Shown here piece after piece: positions 36,509 to 51,100 of a DNA stretch of 64,000 nucleotides. The position numbers and the translations under genes are program-made. Each line of letters begins with the position of its first letter. The first letter of the stretch is position 1. Where the stretch lies: NCBI RefSeq assembly GCF_035084215.1, contig NC_090363.1:3224001-3288000 (forward strand). Reading direction: 5' to 3'. The DNA comes from Heptranchias perlo. Taxonomy: Eukaryota. Below the pieces are notes generated by a model that did not search any database, was not told the origin of the DNA, and saw only the letters and a program-made list of their open reading frames with translations.

Positions 36509-38424
36509 GATCTGTATGTTTGCCTTGCTGTGAAATAAAGCATCTAAATACCTCACCTAGTATTGACTCGGTCTGCTGTCAGATTAAAGAAATGCACATG
36601 TGAAAGACACAGAGATGTGGTCCATATTGCAAGGAGTTGCATTGCTACATCTTTGGGTCTTGCCATTTTATGAATAGTTATAAAACAATTCAAGTCCATT
36701 CCCATAAAATTAAGATGCTTGGGTCACTTATGGGAGTGACTCTCAGTCTAGAACACAATTTATTATTGTGCTGAAGTATAGGTGTGTGACCATGCAAGTC
36801 TATTTGTTGTTGAATAATCATTGGGCAAGGTTCATTAAGGACAGTTAATAGTATTCAAGGCTACGGATTTACAGTTTCTCTGCAATTATGGACATAGTCA
36901 TGGAAATTGAGCTCAGAAATATGACCACTGCTCCCACAATACAAATGCAATTTGATTTATCCAATCACTGTAAATCAATGGTTTATAATATAAATCAAAC
37001 AATATATTTGATGTTACATGGGATAAAAAGTATATCTGCTTATTCACTCAGCAACGCCATTGGAGATCTGATATTTATATATTTGCTTCACTCTTTTGAA
37101 AGTCTTTTCTTATGCCCAGATATGATGTTAATCAAGTCCCTGTTCCACTGTCACCAAGTTTCCTTCTCTCCCTCGGTTCACTCACATGTGCTGTTTATTC
37201 TTCATTTTGCACTTTAATTCTGCACTCTACCTTTCCAGCTAACACATAGCTGAACATAACAAGGGACAACTAAAGGACGCAAGTATGCATAATATCTCCT
37301 ATAACATTAAAGGATTATAGAATAATTTAATAGATGTATTCTAATAGAGGAGATTTTATAGAGGTGTTCAAAATCATGAACGGTTTTAATAGAATAAATA
37401 AGGAGATATATTTCCAATGGCAGAAGGGTCAGTAACCAGAGGACACAGATTTAAGATGATTGGCAAAAGAACCAGAGGAGAGGAAAGAAAAATTACACAG
37501 CGAGTTGTTGTGTTCTGGAATGCACTGCCTGAAAGGGTGGTGGAAGCAGATTCAATAGTAACTTTCATAAGGGAATTGGATAAACACTTGAAAGGAAAAA
37601 AATTATAGGGCTCTGGGGAACGAGTAGGGCAGTGGGGCTAATTGGATAGCTCTACCAAAGAGCCGGCACAGGCATGATGGGCTGAATGGTCTCCTTCTGT
37701 GCTACATCATTCTATGATTCTATGTACTTTCCCTTTAACTGTACTTGAGCATACAATCTAGGCTGATACAATGCGGGGAGTGCTACACAGTCAGGGATGC
37801 CTTCTTTCAGATCAGACATTGAACTGAGATCCTGTCTGCCTCAGACCTCATGGCACTATTGAGACGAGCGGGGAGTTGTTCTGGTTAACATGTCAGTCTC
37901 AACCAACATCATCAAAAACAGTTTATCTGGTCATTCATTCATTTGCTGTTGTTGGAACCTTGGTTTCTGCAAATAGGCTGCTACATATGCTTGCAGTCAT
38001 TGGTTGTTGTGCACTTCAAACGTAATCCATGAGGATGTGATAAGACGCTATATAAATGCAAGTTTTTTCATCCTCTCTTTCTTTCTTTCTTCCTCCCTCA
38101 TTTACTTAGATATGCACAGAGAATATTATTTTTTAAAATAAACTATAGAAATATCCCAAATTAATAATTTCAGTTTGGTATTAAATTAGAAATATTTATT
38201 TACTGAGTTCATAGCCTCTTTTGCAAAAAAAAAGATTTAAAAAAAAATAAACCTTTTCTTCCAACAGCTATATAGAATGATAGATTTTATCTTCTGTTCA
38301 AATTAAGGACATTTGTTTATAATTGTTTAATTAAGAAAGGATACTAATGACAACGCTCGTTTTTAAATTTAAGAATTAAGACATTTTCCTAAGTTGAAGT
38401 AATTTTATCACATGAATTCAACAG

Positions 38425-38772
38425 GTAAATTCAGAGTTACTGGACCAATTCATCCTGTTGTAGCCGTTGTGGGTGAAGATGTTATATTGGACTGTCAGCT
38501 TGTGCCATCTATACCCGTCAGCAACATGGTGGTGCGATGGCATAAATCAGACCTTGGTTTAGCAGTACACATGTACAGAAATGGAGAAGATGAAACTGTT
38601 GCTCAGGATCAGAATTACAGAGGAAGAACTGAACTGTTTAAAGATGAACTGCCCAAAGGAAATGTTTCTCTTCGGATAAAGAACACAAGAGTATTTGATG
38701 AGGGGAAATACATATGTTCAGTTGATGATGAGACAGATTTTGAAGAAACTGTGATCGAGCTGAAAGTTGGAG
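38425..38772 (+). CDS. Butyrophilin-like gene, IgV exon
   Basis: KFRVTGPIHPVVAVVGEDVILDCQL...VRW...YRGRTELFKDELPKGNVSLRI...DEGKYIC...IELKVG, a typical BTN/MOG/BG-type V domain; acag| and |gttagt, phase 1-1. Confidence 0.93.
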
Positions 38773-38899
38773 GTTAGTGAACACATCTACTTACAAGCTG
38801 ACAACGTGGGGAAAATAACACGTCGTTAAAACTAACTTTTTGGTTAAAATTCAAGTGCTTTTTAAAATAAAAAGAATTCTTCATTCTCTGTTATGAAAT

Positions 38900-40990
38900 G
38901 TACCAGTGCACAAATATGATATGTGGAAAATACTTTCAACAGGGGCAAGATCTCTACTTGCCAAAAAAAACAGCCATGGACAACTTAAGAGGTGAGGGAC
39001 AGTATAAGACATAAGGAAAGGGCATACAAAAAGGCACAAAATGGCACAGATCCTGGCGAATGGGAAAGATACAAAGATCAACAAAGTGTCACAAAACAGA
39101 TAGTAAGAGCTACAAAAAGAGAGTATGAAAAAAAACTTGCAATGGATATTAAAACCAATACGAAGAACTTTTATAGTTATATTAGGAAAAAGAGGGTGGT
39201 CAGGAGCAGTGTTGGCCCCTTAAAAACTGAAAGTGTCATTGACAATGGGGAAATGGCGGACATGTTGAATAATTACTTTGCGTCAGTATTTACAGTAGAA
39301 AAAGAGGATAGCATGCCGGAAATCCCAAGAAAACTAATATTGAATCGGGGACAGGGACTTGATAAAATTAACATAAGTAAAGCAACAGTAATGAAGAAAA
39401 TAATAGCACTAAAGAGTGACAAATCCCCAGGACCAGATGGTTTCCATTCCAGGGTTTTAAAGGAAGTAGGTGAGCAGATTGCAGGTGCCCTAACTATAAT
39501 CTTTCAAAGTTCTCTAGATTCAGGAACTGTCCCTCTAGATTGGAAAATTGCACAAGTCACTCCGCTTTTTAAGAAAGGAGAGAGAGGGAAACTGGGGAAT
39601 TTTAGACCAGTTAGCCTAACATCTGTTGTGGGGAAAATGCTGGAGTCTATAATTAAGGATAGGGTGACTGAACACCTCGAGAATTTTCAGTTAATCAGGG
39701 ACAGCCAGCATGGATTTGTGAAAGGTAGGTCATGCCTGACAAACCTGATTGAATTTTTTGAAGAGGTGACTAAAGTAGTGCACAGGGGAATGTCAATGGA
39801 TGTTATTTATATGGACTTCCAGAAAGCATTTGATAAGGTCCCACATGAGAGGCTGTTAGCTAAGATAGAAGCCCATGGAATCGAGGGAGATGTACGGACT
39901 TGGTTAGGAAATTGGCTGAGCGAAAGGCGACAGAGAGTAGGGATAATGGGAAGGTACTCACATTGGCAGGATGTGACTAGTGGAGTCCTGCAGGGATCTG
40001 TCTTGGAGCCTCAATTATTCACTATTTATTAACGACTTAGATGAAGGCATAGAAAGTCTCATATCTAAGTTTGCCGACGACACAAAGATTGGTGGCATTG
40101 TAAGCAGTGTGGATGGAAACATAAAATTACAAAGGGATATTGATAGATTAGGTGAATGGGCAAAACTGTGGCAGATGGAATTCTATGTAGACAAATGCGA
40201 GGTCATCCACTTTGGATCAAAAAAGGATAGAACAGGGTACTTTCTAAATGGTAAAAAGTTAAAAACAGTGGATATCCAAAGGGACTTAGGGGTTCAGGTA
40301 CATAGATCATTGAAGTGTCATGAACAGGTGCAGAAAATAATCAATAAGGCTAATGGAATGCTGGCCTTTATATCTAGAGGACTGGAGTATAAGGAGGCAG
40401 AAGTTATGCTGCAGCTATACAAAACCCTGGTTAGACCACGCCTGGAGTACTGTGAGCAGTTCTGGGCACTGCACCTTCGGAAGGACATATTGGCCTTGGA
40501 GGGAGTGCAGCGAGGGTTTACTAGAATGATACCCGGACTTCAAGGGTTAAGTTACGAGGAGAGATTACACAAATTGGGGTTGTATTCTCTAGAGTTTCGA
40601 AGGTTAAGGGGTGATCTGATCGAAGCTTATAAAATATTAAGGGGAACGGATAGGGTGGATAGAGAGAAACTATTTCCGCTGGTTGGGGATTCTAGGAGTA
40701 GGGGGCACAGTCTAAAAATTAGAGCCAGACCTTTCAGGAGTGAGATGAGAAAACATTTCTACACACAAAGGGTGGTAGAAGTTTGGAACTCTCTTCTGCA
40801 AACAGCAATTGATACTAGTTCAATTGCTAAATTTAAATCTGAGATAGATAGCTTTTTGGCAACCAAAGGTATTAAGGGATATGAGCCAAAGGCAGGTATA
40901 TGGAGTTAGATCACAGATCAGCCATGATCTTATCAAATGGCGGAGCAGGCACGAGGGGCTGAATGGTCTACTCATGTTCCTATGTTCCTA
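38900..40990 (+). mobile_element. 5'-truncated CR1 LINE ORF2 (one frameshift near 40025)
   Basis: ORFs 38992-40032 and 39980-40909 with full RT motifs and the CR1 tail (gttcctat). Confidence 0.95.
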
Positions 40991-43051
40991 ACACAGGCTG
41001 GTTCAACAAAAGTATTCAAAAAGACAGAAACTAAGGGATGTTCAAATTAAAGACATTTGTTTATAATTGTTTAATTAAGGAGGAATACTAATGACAGTCA
41101 AATTTTAGATTTAAGATATTTCATTAAGTTAAAGTAATTCCATCACACAAGAAGTCATAAGCATCACTATTGGTTTCATCGTAGTGTATGTGGAAAATGA
41201 AGAATTAGAAAGTAAGTTACACTACCTGCTTTCAGTATTGACTTGGAATGTGGTTTATCCTCCACATACCTAATCTTCACATTCTGTTTCTTGTTGCTTC
41301 ACTTGTTTTTAACCTTTTTTTAAAAAAAAGTGTTCCCTTCACTGTGTAAGTCTGGTCCACCCTACAGGCTGACTAATAAAAGAATTAGGGAGTAAAGTTC
41401 TTCTTTTGAGCTTGTTTTAAGGTTCTTTGTATCCAAGATTAAATGAAAAAAGGAATAACTTTATTAAGGTTCAAAACACCTTTGTGTGTTGCTGGTTGGA
41501 AAGGCTCCTCATCAGACATCTGAATGAGTGGTGATTGCACAGTGCTTTTACCCATTCAGCCACTGGTGATGTTGGTGGTATTTAAATATTTGACATGACA
41601 CCGTCAGCCTAAATATCCACGGCAGCAGTAACACCACTGCAGCTTTCAGAGCTCCTCAGTCCTGAAGGAAGTACTTGGTATGTTTCCTGCTAGAAACCCA
41701 TACTGCTCGAGGAGATAATGTTAACTGGATCCTGCAGTGAGTGTACTTGAGTCTCCCGATCACAAATTGCAGTGCGGTGCCTAACTGGTTGGCCCCATTT
41801 TTTAAAGTCAGATATTGGTCATCAAGGAGGTAGTGAAAAGTGTCTTGCTTCATTTTGGCTTTCTTCACAGTGACATGCTCCTTCACCTGTTGAACTTGCA
41901 TACCTTGTGTGGTGGCACAGAGGGAGTGCACTTCTTTACCAGGTGTTCACCTATTTCAATACCATTGATGCTGGCAAATGCGTGCTGCTCGACAGGGATT
42001 TCAACTGCACAATTCCTGCTCTTGGTAAGCATGTATCATTGGTGGAAAGGTTGAAGGACTGGCTAAAGTTTTTCACATTGGTGGTCATCTGATGGTATCA
42101 CCATCCTGACTCCAGCTTCTTCATGTCAATGAGGGCTGGAGCCAGTTGGAGCAGTCAGTTGAGAATCAATGGCTGTTGCATTTCTTGTGTGTTCGCTTCT
42201 TGCACACTGTCTTCTGGGATGCACCCAGTGCCATCCATGGACAACCTCAGCCTCCCTCCCCACCTGTTGTCGATGAAGTTTGCTCTGTTTTGTACCCTGG
42301 TGGAGTTAATGTATTGGCATTTTTACAACTCATCCTTGGAGGTCAGTGCTTCCAGGATTTGTTTTTGTTGGTTCTGGACCAACTGGAAGAGGAAGAAGGG
42401 AGCTTCCCCTTGTGATGGTGGAATGTAGGCAGAGCTCAAATCGACACCTTCTGTCAAGAGTATATGAGGATGGTGACCAAGAAGCAAGATTGAGGGTCAG
42501 ATGGCTATAGAAGGAGTATATGATCTGGAGTCTTGCCTAGCTATTGCCATCAAAGATCCAACCTTGCAGCAGGCCACACTATTGCATGACTAGATATTGG
42601 CAGTAAAGTTAAGCTCCTGATCATAAGGGACAAGGGGTCCAATTAAGGGAAAGACCAGTGTTGCTGAACCTGAGAGAATATCGACAGCCAAACAAATTTG
42701 TAACCAGTGCAGCTGCAAATAGGAACTTTTCAAATTGGAAAGGGCTTCAAAATCAAAGGGCACTATTGGGACTGTTGGTATTTTTGTTTTTATATCTATA
42801 TCTATATTTATGTATTTATCTATGCATATAAAAATAAAATGTGACTTGGATGAAGGCAGCAACAGCAAAACCTTCCAAGTTTGTACATGAAGCCAAAAGA
42901 AGAGGCAGTGCAAATAATGAGAAATGGTGCAACCAGAATCAGAAGGTTTGGGGTATTTTAGTTAAATAGACCATTAGGTGGCAGATACAGTTCAACATAG
43001 ATATTTTATGTATCTATCAGTATGGCAGCAAGGAACCTAAAGAGAAAGTTT

Positions 43052-43811
43052 GGCCCTGAAATTCCTGGGCCTGGGAGGGTGGAACGAGAACACAAAGCGG
43101 GTGGGGGTGTAATTTCACGTGTGACCCATTTCCACCTGGTCTCCCTCTTCTCGCAAAATTGTGACAGGATGGAGGCACAGACATCCCACTGATGGACTGT
43201 AACCAGGGACTAAACTCACTCACAGTGTCAGCTCTCACTCCAGACCCTCCCACAGTAACTCCCACTGATGGACTGTAACCAGGGACTCATCTCACTCACA
43301 GTGTCAGCTCTCACTCCAGACCCTCCCACAGTAACTCCCACTGATGGACTGTAACCAGGGACTAAACTCACTCTCAGTGACATCATTGAAGAGGTGGGTT
43401 TCTGTGGAAATTCTGCCAGTTCCACTTTTCCTGTAGCAGGGGAAAGTATGCCTGCATGAAGCAGGTATGCTTACTCTACCAAAATGGAGTCGGCTTAAAG
43501 CTTTTTCGATTAATTACCATTAGGAAAATGACTGTAGCAAAATGGGTCATTTTAAAAAGGTCTTTGGCCTAATCGCTCTTCCCCCCCCCCCCCCCCACCG
43601 CCCACCCTTCATGAGGGAGTGGCAAGATGTTGCCCAAAATTCCTGTCTCTTCTTCCCCTGGGCGGATGCACGAGGATTGTTGTGAATGGTGGGGTGCCTG
43701 TCTCCTTTATGTAAAGGAGACCTTTCCCTGGATTGGGATGGGGTCAATGCCAGGTCATTCTGCCCCACCATATTTCTGGCAGTGGAGTGAGGCTCCAGGA
43801 ATTTCAGGGCC
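43052..43811. mobile_element. MITE / non-autonomous DNA transposon with 17-bp TIR, containing a 76-bp tandem repeat (43185-43378)
   Basis: GGCCCTGAAATTCCTGG at 43052 and CCAGGAATTTCAGGGCC at 43795-43811; the same left end recurs at 45182. Confidence 0.7.
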
Positions 43812-44783
43812 CATGTGTTTAAATGGAAGTGTTCACCTAGAGTATGTATCTTCAGCATCGAAGCACAAAATCTCTCAAAGGGTAAACAACATTTTCTGCA
43901 TCTTTTCTGAATTTCAAAAATAGCCTGCTGTGTATGCCCAGAGTTTCAGTTTTCAATTCAGATTTCCAGATTTTGCAGTTTTTCTCTTTTTGTAAATTTC
44001 AGAGACTTTGAAATAATTTAATTGAAATATCCAAGATTGTGAAAAGTATTGATAAAATTGGTCCGGGGACACTATTTTAAAAATTAGAAGTTGGGAATAA
44101 AAATGGAAAATTCAAAAGAACTCTTTTTTGAAATAAACTTGAGATATTTTCCCAGGGATGGCCAATGATGTGGGGTCAAGAAACCAAGTTCTTCTAGAGA
44201 AAGAAAAGACAAAAAAAGGACAGGCTTGTTGGGTCTAATGAATTTTTCCTGTTCCTTTTGAAAAGTTTAATGTTCTTTTTCTAATGAATCCACTCTCTTA
44301 TCCATACACCTTTTGAAAGTTATTTTTCCTTTTAATTTTCCTGAATAGGGTCTTCAAGTGCCTTCTGCTGCCAGGTATATTTAAGATTAATTGGTCAGTC
44401 ATACATATTTTTTCTCACCAATCTTTGCCGACAGTCATCTCCCCTCCTCTTTCCCACCCCCCCCCCCCCCCCCGCCTTCCCGAAGGTATTGTTTCCTAGC
44501 CGGGCTACAATTCCATGGGTACCGAATGTCCTCTGGTACCTCATCCATGTGGTCATAACTTAGTCTGAACAACTGGTAACTGATTTATATTAATTATTTA
44601 ATCATCTCTGATTGTTATATGAGGACATATTTTGAGAAGAAATTTAGTTCATATCCTATTAGTCATGTCACAGTAAGATTATGATGATCTATCTCTCAAT
44701 AACATTAAATGAATATTTTCCATGGATTAAAGGAAGCATTCCTAACACATGTTATTTCTAAATATGTTTATTGATCGTTGTAG

Positions 44784-45068
44784 GTTTGGGACGTGAGCAC
44801 TGGATCCAGATAGAGGGATACCGTAAAAATGGAATTCAGCTTGTGTGTGAATCTAATGGATGGTACCCTGAGCCAGGGATACAGTGGACTGGTGGAGATG
44901 GACAGAACTTAACAGCACAGTCTGAAACAAGTTACCATCAGGACTCTAAAGGCCTTGTAACTGTCCAGAGCCACATTGCTGTGACAAAAGATTCATCAAA
45001 CAGGTTCAAGTGTCTCGTACGGAGCAATCTGTTGAAAAAAGAACAAGAAACAACTGTCCAGATATCAG
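44784..45068 (+). CDS. Butyrophilin-like gene, IgC exon
   Basis: GLGREHWIQIEGYRKNGIQLVCESNGWYPEPGIQW...FKCLVRSNLLKKEQETTVQIS, with the BTN C-domain signature C.S.GWYPEP; gtag| and |gtctgt, phase 1-1. Confidence 0.93.
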
Positions 45069-45334
45069 GTCTGTAAATTATAAAATACTGTTAATTAAAG
45101 GGAATAGTTATTGTGGGAACAGTCTTGGTATTAGTTGCACTTGATGATTAATTTACCTCAGTTTATTTGTGTAAATGGTTTGGCCCTGAAATTCCTGGAT
45201 ATTGATCCACTGCTGAAAATGTGGCCGGGTGAAAATTCCTGACGTAGATTATCCCAAATCCCAGGACTGGGATCATTTACATAAAGAGGATGGGTAATTG
45301 TGCCATTTTCAGGGCTTCCTGGGTCCCAGAGGCC

Positions 45335-45760
45335 TGGACTAAAATCCAGAGTTAGGAATTCAAATCCCACCACGGCAGCTGGCGAATTTAAATTCAATTA
45401 ATTTATTAAATCCAATTAATTTATTAAATCCAATTAATTAAATAAAAAATCTGGAATTAAAATACTAGTATCAGTAATTATGGCCATGAAACTACCGGAT
45501 TGTCGTAAAAACCCATCTGGTTCACTAATGTCCTTTAGGGAAGGAAACCTGCCGTCCTTACCCGGTCTGGCCTATATGTGACTCCAGACCCACAGCAATG
45601 TGGTTGATTCTTAATTGCCCTCTGAGATGGCCTAGCAAGCCACTCAGTTGTAAAATCTCGCTAGGCGGCTCACCACCACCTTCTTGAGGGCAATTAGGGA
45701 TGGGCAATAAATGCTGGCCTCGCCAGCGACGCCCACATCCCGTGAACGAATAAACAAAAA
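45335..45760 (+). mobile_element. tRNA-derived SINE with LINE-like 3' tail
   Basis: B-box-like aattcaaatccc at about 45357; tail caccaccaccttct...gggatgggcaataaatgctggcctcgccagcgacgcccacatcccgtgaac matches the 3' end of the LINE at 520-610. Confidence 0.75.
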
Positions 45761-48129
45761 CGGGGCCAGGAATATTTAAGCGGGTGGACTGTTATGGCCA
45801 AAGATAGAAATATTTTTAAAGAACTTTGCCCCAATGGAAGTAATGTTGTTTATTTTCCTGTGAGTCCTTCCCGAGTACCTCGGGCTTCTGGAGATTTAAA
45901 ATCTTAATCTACTGTTACATGTTGGTGCTTAAAGCAGGTTTGGATTATTTGGTCCAGCAACAGATTAAATATTGATCATTCTTCTTTCTTTATTTTTCCC
46001 CACAGGGGCTGTTTACATACACTCTGTACTTTTTAACCGTATTTTTTTTATTTTTAAATTAATTATTCTTTGTTTTATGTACTTTTTTATTTGCAAAATT
46101 CTCCTCCTCAGTGTTCACTTGTGTAGCATTTGTTTCTGTCGGTATGTATCTGAAATTTTTCTTCATTTCTTTCTTGCTCTGTTAAGATGCTGTGTTTTTT
46201 ATTACACTGCAGGGTTAAGTACTGTAGGAGAGATTTTCTACTCCTGGGCATAAGCAGGTGCTGAGCAAGGGAGTGGGTATAAAATCAAGGGCAGAGGCCA
46301 GGCGCTTGAAATGCACTGCGAGCATCTGCCTAGTATTTTTCAACCAGGCAATGCTGTGGGAGTGGGAGGCTGGTGTCACTGGAGTGCACAAGCCTCATTG
46401 GAGCTTTAAAAATGAAGATGGTGTTTCCCTGTCCCACAGCTCCCAGTGGTTTGATCCCCCTACATGACATAATTCCCGTGCATCTCTATAAATAAGCACA
46501 TACACACACCAGGTCACAGCCAAGAGAAGTGACTTCCTAGTTGTCTTAAACCTATTTTCCTCTTGGTTTCAGAATTTTTTTTGTGTGGGTTGCGTTTTGC
46601 CTCTTTGATTTGCTTTTGTTGCATTTATTTCGAAGATTTGGTTTTATTTTTTGCCTTTCACCTTTTTTTCTTTTTACCACCTACCATTCAAGGTAGAATG
46701 AGCATTCCCATTGGAATTCCTCTTGCCTTCTGGGAGCTAGAGGATAAGGAGGAATAACAGAGGAATGAGCTACCTGTATCTGGGGCAGCTTCCACGGTCC
46801 TTCTCTTAGCCAAGAAGGTGGGTCCGCAGGCCCTGCCAGAGCTACTTACTGGGGCATGCCAGAGGACATATGCCTTTCCTTCCTACTCTTGACCAGGTAG
46901 TGTTGCTCCAGGTTCAGATTGTACCCTTGGGGACCCACCTTATACAATCAGAAAAGTAATCTTTAGACGCTGACAGTTGAAGGACCACATGCACAATGAC
47001 AGACGTGAACAGCCTGCATCGGTACGTGACTCCATCAAGCAGCTAGACTGTTTTACAAAAAAAAGAGTTGCTGTGGCCTTGGTAGATGTGAATGTAGCAA
47101 GTTTTTCAATCATACTTTGCATCTTGAAGATGTGTCCTACTGAGGACTGAACATGCGATGAAAAATACTGTAAAGTTGTATGGAAGCTTGGCATGGATTC
47201 CTTTACATGTGCTGCCACCTTGTGTGTCTGTTATCAGGTCCTGCGGGTAGTGTACACAGTGCTGAGCCTGGTTACCACCCACTGTCAGGAGTGGTGCACT
47301 ACTGTGCTCTAGGGAGGGTGCCCTAAAATGCCAAACACCCCCGCCTTATACCCACTTCATATAGCCATTTACCATCTATCAAATAGGGGAACTGTGTGCT
47401 GTATCACTCCAGCATGTGCCCATAGAATCTGTGCCTCCATATCGGATTTCCATTCACTTCGTTTATGCCTGACACTTCTCCCCCACCCCCGGCCAAGGCT
47501 GACAACATCTACTAATTTTGCACTCATGGCCTTTGAGAAATACCCTGCCTGCCTGTGGGATTTAACCCCTTGCATGCTGTTTGTAGTCATAAACTTTCAA
47601 TTGGGATTCTTTAATACAGACCAAAAATATATTCTTGTCACAGGAGGGTACAGGTGATTCTATCATTAGAGGGATAGGTAGCTCTTTCTGCAACCACAAC
47701 CTGGAGTCCAAATAGTCTGGTGACTCCCAGGTACTAGGGTAAGGAGCCCAACAGAGCAGGTGGAGAAGATTCTGGAAAGGTACGGTCAATATCTTGAAGT
47801 CGTGGTTCATGTTGGAGCCAGTAACGTAGGGAAGATCAGTAAGGAGATAATGCAAAGGGAGTTTGAAGAATTAGGTGTCTGATTAAAAAGCAGGGCTTCC
47901 AGGGAGTACTCTTGGGACTACTTCTGATGCCATTTGCTGGGCCAGTCAGGGAGAAACAGATTAGACACATCAACATGTTGCATGACAGGTGGTGTAGAAG
48001 GGAAGGTTGGATGCTCAGTCGTGGAGTATATTCAAGGCTGAGATCGATAGATTTTTGGACTCTCGGGGAATCAAGGGATATGGGGATCAGGTGGGAAAGT
48101 GGAGTTGAGGTCGAAGATCAGTTCTTTCA

Positions 48130-51100
48130 GTTAGTGGTAAACAAGCAGCCTGAGGTGGCAGTTGGTCACCTAGTTAATTAGGTGACTGGTTAGAACTGGT
48201 AATCTACTGTCAGCTGGGGCTGACTCAGGTGATTGGCATTCTAGCTAGCATAAATTCAGAAGGGTTTTGCTAACGCACGGAGTAGCAGCTATCGACAGAG
48301 TCTGGTTTTGACAGAGTCTATAATTAGGAATTTGGTGAGTGAGGGGATTCGGTGCAGTAAGGGGTGAGGTGCATTTGATTAGTCAGCAGAGCGGAGAGGA
48401 GCGTACCGAGAGCGGGTCACAGCAACAACAAAATAAAACTGCAGATTGACATCACAGGTAAGGCAGGTAGGTGGTTGGTGGTGAGTATCTCTTCTGTTTT
48501 CTTCTTTCTTAGGACTGTGGGCTAAGAAACTTATAGCATTAAACTACATTTTTAAAAAAAAACTAAACTTAATTTAGTTATAGCAAGTAGCGTTTTTTAG
48601 TGAATCAAAGTCCCTAGTGTAGTTAACATTCTCTAAATTAAGAGTAATTTAAAGGAGTAAACTCCTTTTAAAGGGAGTAACTAACGAGCTTAATCTAAGG
48701 CAAGTCATGGCAGGAGAGCTCGCATCCATGATATGCTTCTCCTGCGCTATGTGGGAAGTCATGGACACTACCGGTGTCCCTGGTGACCATGTGTGCAGGA
48801 AATGTGTCCAGCTGCAGCTACTGGCTAACCGCATTTCGGAGCTGGAGCTGCGGGTGGATTCATTGTGGAGCATCCGCGATGCTGAGATTATCGTGGATAG
48901 CACGTTCGGTGAGGTGGTCACACCACAAGTAAAGATTACGCAGGCAGAGAGGAAATGGGTGACCGCTAGGCAGGTTGAGCAGGAGTCCCCTGGGGCCATT
49001 TCCCTCTCAAACAGATATTCTGCTTTGGATATTGTCGGGGGAGATGGCTTATCAGGGGAATGCAGCAAGAGCCAAGACCGTGGCACCACGAGTGACTGAG
49101 CTGCATAAGAGGGGAGGAAAAAGAATGGGAGAGCAATAGAGATAGGGGATTCCATCGTAAGGGGAACAGATAGGTGTTTCTGCGGCCGCAGACGTGACTC
49201 CAGGATGGTATGTTGCCTCCCTGGTGCTAGGGTCAAAGATGTCACGGAGCGGCTGCAGGATCTTCTGAAGGGGGAGGGTGAACAGCCAGAGGTCGTGGTC
49301 CATATTGGTACCAACGACATCGGTTAAAAAAAGGGATGAGGTCCTGCAAGCAGAATATAGAGAGTTCGGAAATAAATTAAAAAGCAGGACCTCTCAGGTA
49401 GTAATCTCAGGATTACTCCCAGTGCCACGTGCTAGCGAGAGCAGAAATAGGATAACAGACCAGATGAATGCGTGGCTTGAGAAATGGTGTAGGAGGGAGG
49501 GGTTTAAATTCCTGAGGCACTGGGACCGATTCTGGGAAAGGCGGACGGGTTGCAACCAAGCAGAACCGGGACCAATATCCTCATGGGGGCATTTGCCAGT
49601 TCTGTTGGGGAGGGTTTAAACTAGTATGGCAGGGGGGTGGGAACCAAAGGGCAGGTACAGATAGGACAAATTCAGACCAGGAAACGGGAAGTAGAAAAAC
49701 AGTTAGTGACGTAGTTAGCGACTCAGAAAGGCAAAAGAAGCAAAGGTTAAATAGTGTTCAGCACAGGAATTTGACGGGGTTAAAGAGTATATACTTCAAT
49801 GCAAGGAGTATTCCAAACAAAGCAGATGAGCTAAGGGCACAGATAGACACGTGGCAGCATGATATCATTGCTGTAACGGAAACCTGGCTTAAAGAGGGGG
49901 ATAATTGGCAGCTCAATATCCCTGGATATAGAGTTTTCAGGCAGGAAAGAGTGGGTGATAAAAAAAAAAGGAGGGTGGGGTAGCATTATTGGTTATAGAA
50001 GCAATTACAGTTGTGAGAAGGGATGATATGCTAAATGGATCATCAATCGAGGCCATATGGGTTGAGCTAAGAAATAAAAAAGGGGCAGTCACACTACTAG
50101 GAGTGTACTATAGACCCCCAAATAGCGAAAGGGAGATAGAAGAACAAATATGTAGGCAAATTTCTGAGTGCAAAAATAAGAGGGCAATAACAGCAGGGGA
50201 CTTCAACTACCCTAACATCAACTGGGATTCAAACAGTGTGAGGGGCACAGAGGGCGCAAAATTCGTGATCGGTGTCCAGGAGAGCTTTTTTAGCCAGTAC
50301 GTGACAAGCCCAACAAGAGGGGATGCAATTCTAGATTTAGTCCTGGGAAATGAAGATGGGCAAGTGGGTGAAGTGACAGTGGGTGACCATATTGGGGATA
50401 ATGACCACAATTCAGTTAGTTTTAGCATTATTATGGAAAAGGACAGAGTTAAATCAGGAGTAAACGTTTTAAATTGGGGGAAGGCAAATTTTACAGAACT
50501 AAGAGGTGATTTGGCAGAAGTGGACTGGACACAACTACTTGAGGAGAAATCAGTGGCAAGCCAGTGGGAGGCACTAAAAAGTGAAATTCTACGGGTACAA
50601 TGCAGACATGTCCCCTCAAAGAAAAAGGGTGGCGCTGCCAAATTTAGAGCTCCCTGGTTGTCTAGAAGTATATGGGGCAAGACAAAGCAGAAAAAGAAAG
50701 TTTATGACTGTCACAGAAAACTAAATACTACAGAAAGCCTAGAGGATATAGAAAGTACAGGGATGACGTAAAAAAGGAAATAAGGAAAGCAAAGAGAGGG
50801 CATGAAAAAATATTAGCAAGTAAGATTAAAGAAAACCCAAAGATGTTTTATCAGTACATTAAGAACAAGAGGATAGCTAAGGAAAAGGTGGGATGATAAG
50901 GGTAACTTGTGTGTAGGGTTTTAAATGAATATTTTGTCTCTGTATTCACAAAGGGATGTTCCGGACGTAGTAGTTAAAGAGGAGAGGTGTGAAATATTGG
51001 ATAAGGTAAACATAATGAGAGAGGAAGTACTAGAGGGACTGGAATCCTTGAAAGTTGATAAGTCACCAGGGCCGGATGGATTGTTTCCTAGGCTATTGAA

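Noticed and set aside
41790-42590. Possible pseudogene exons
   Set aside because: Fragments (VLLDRDFNCT, WHFYNSSLE) look like a decayed L1/Tx1 endonuclease and are too degenerate to delimit.
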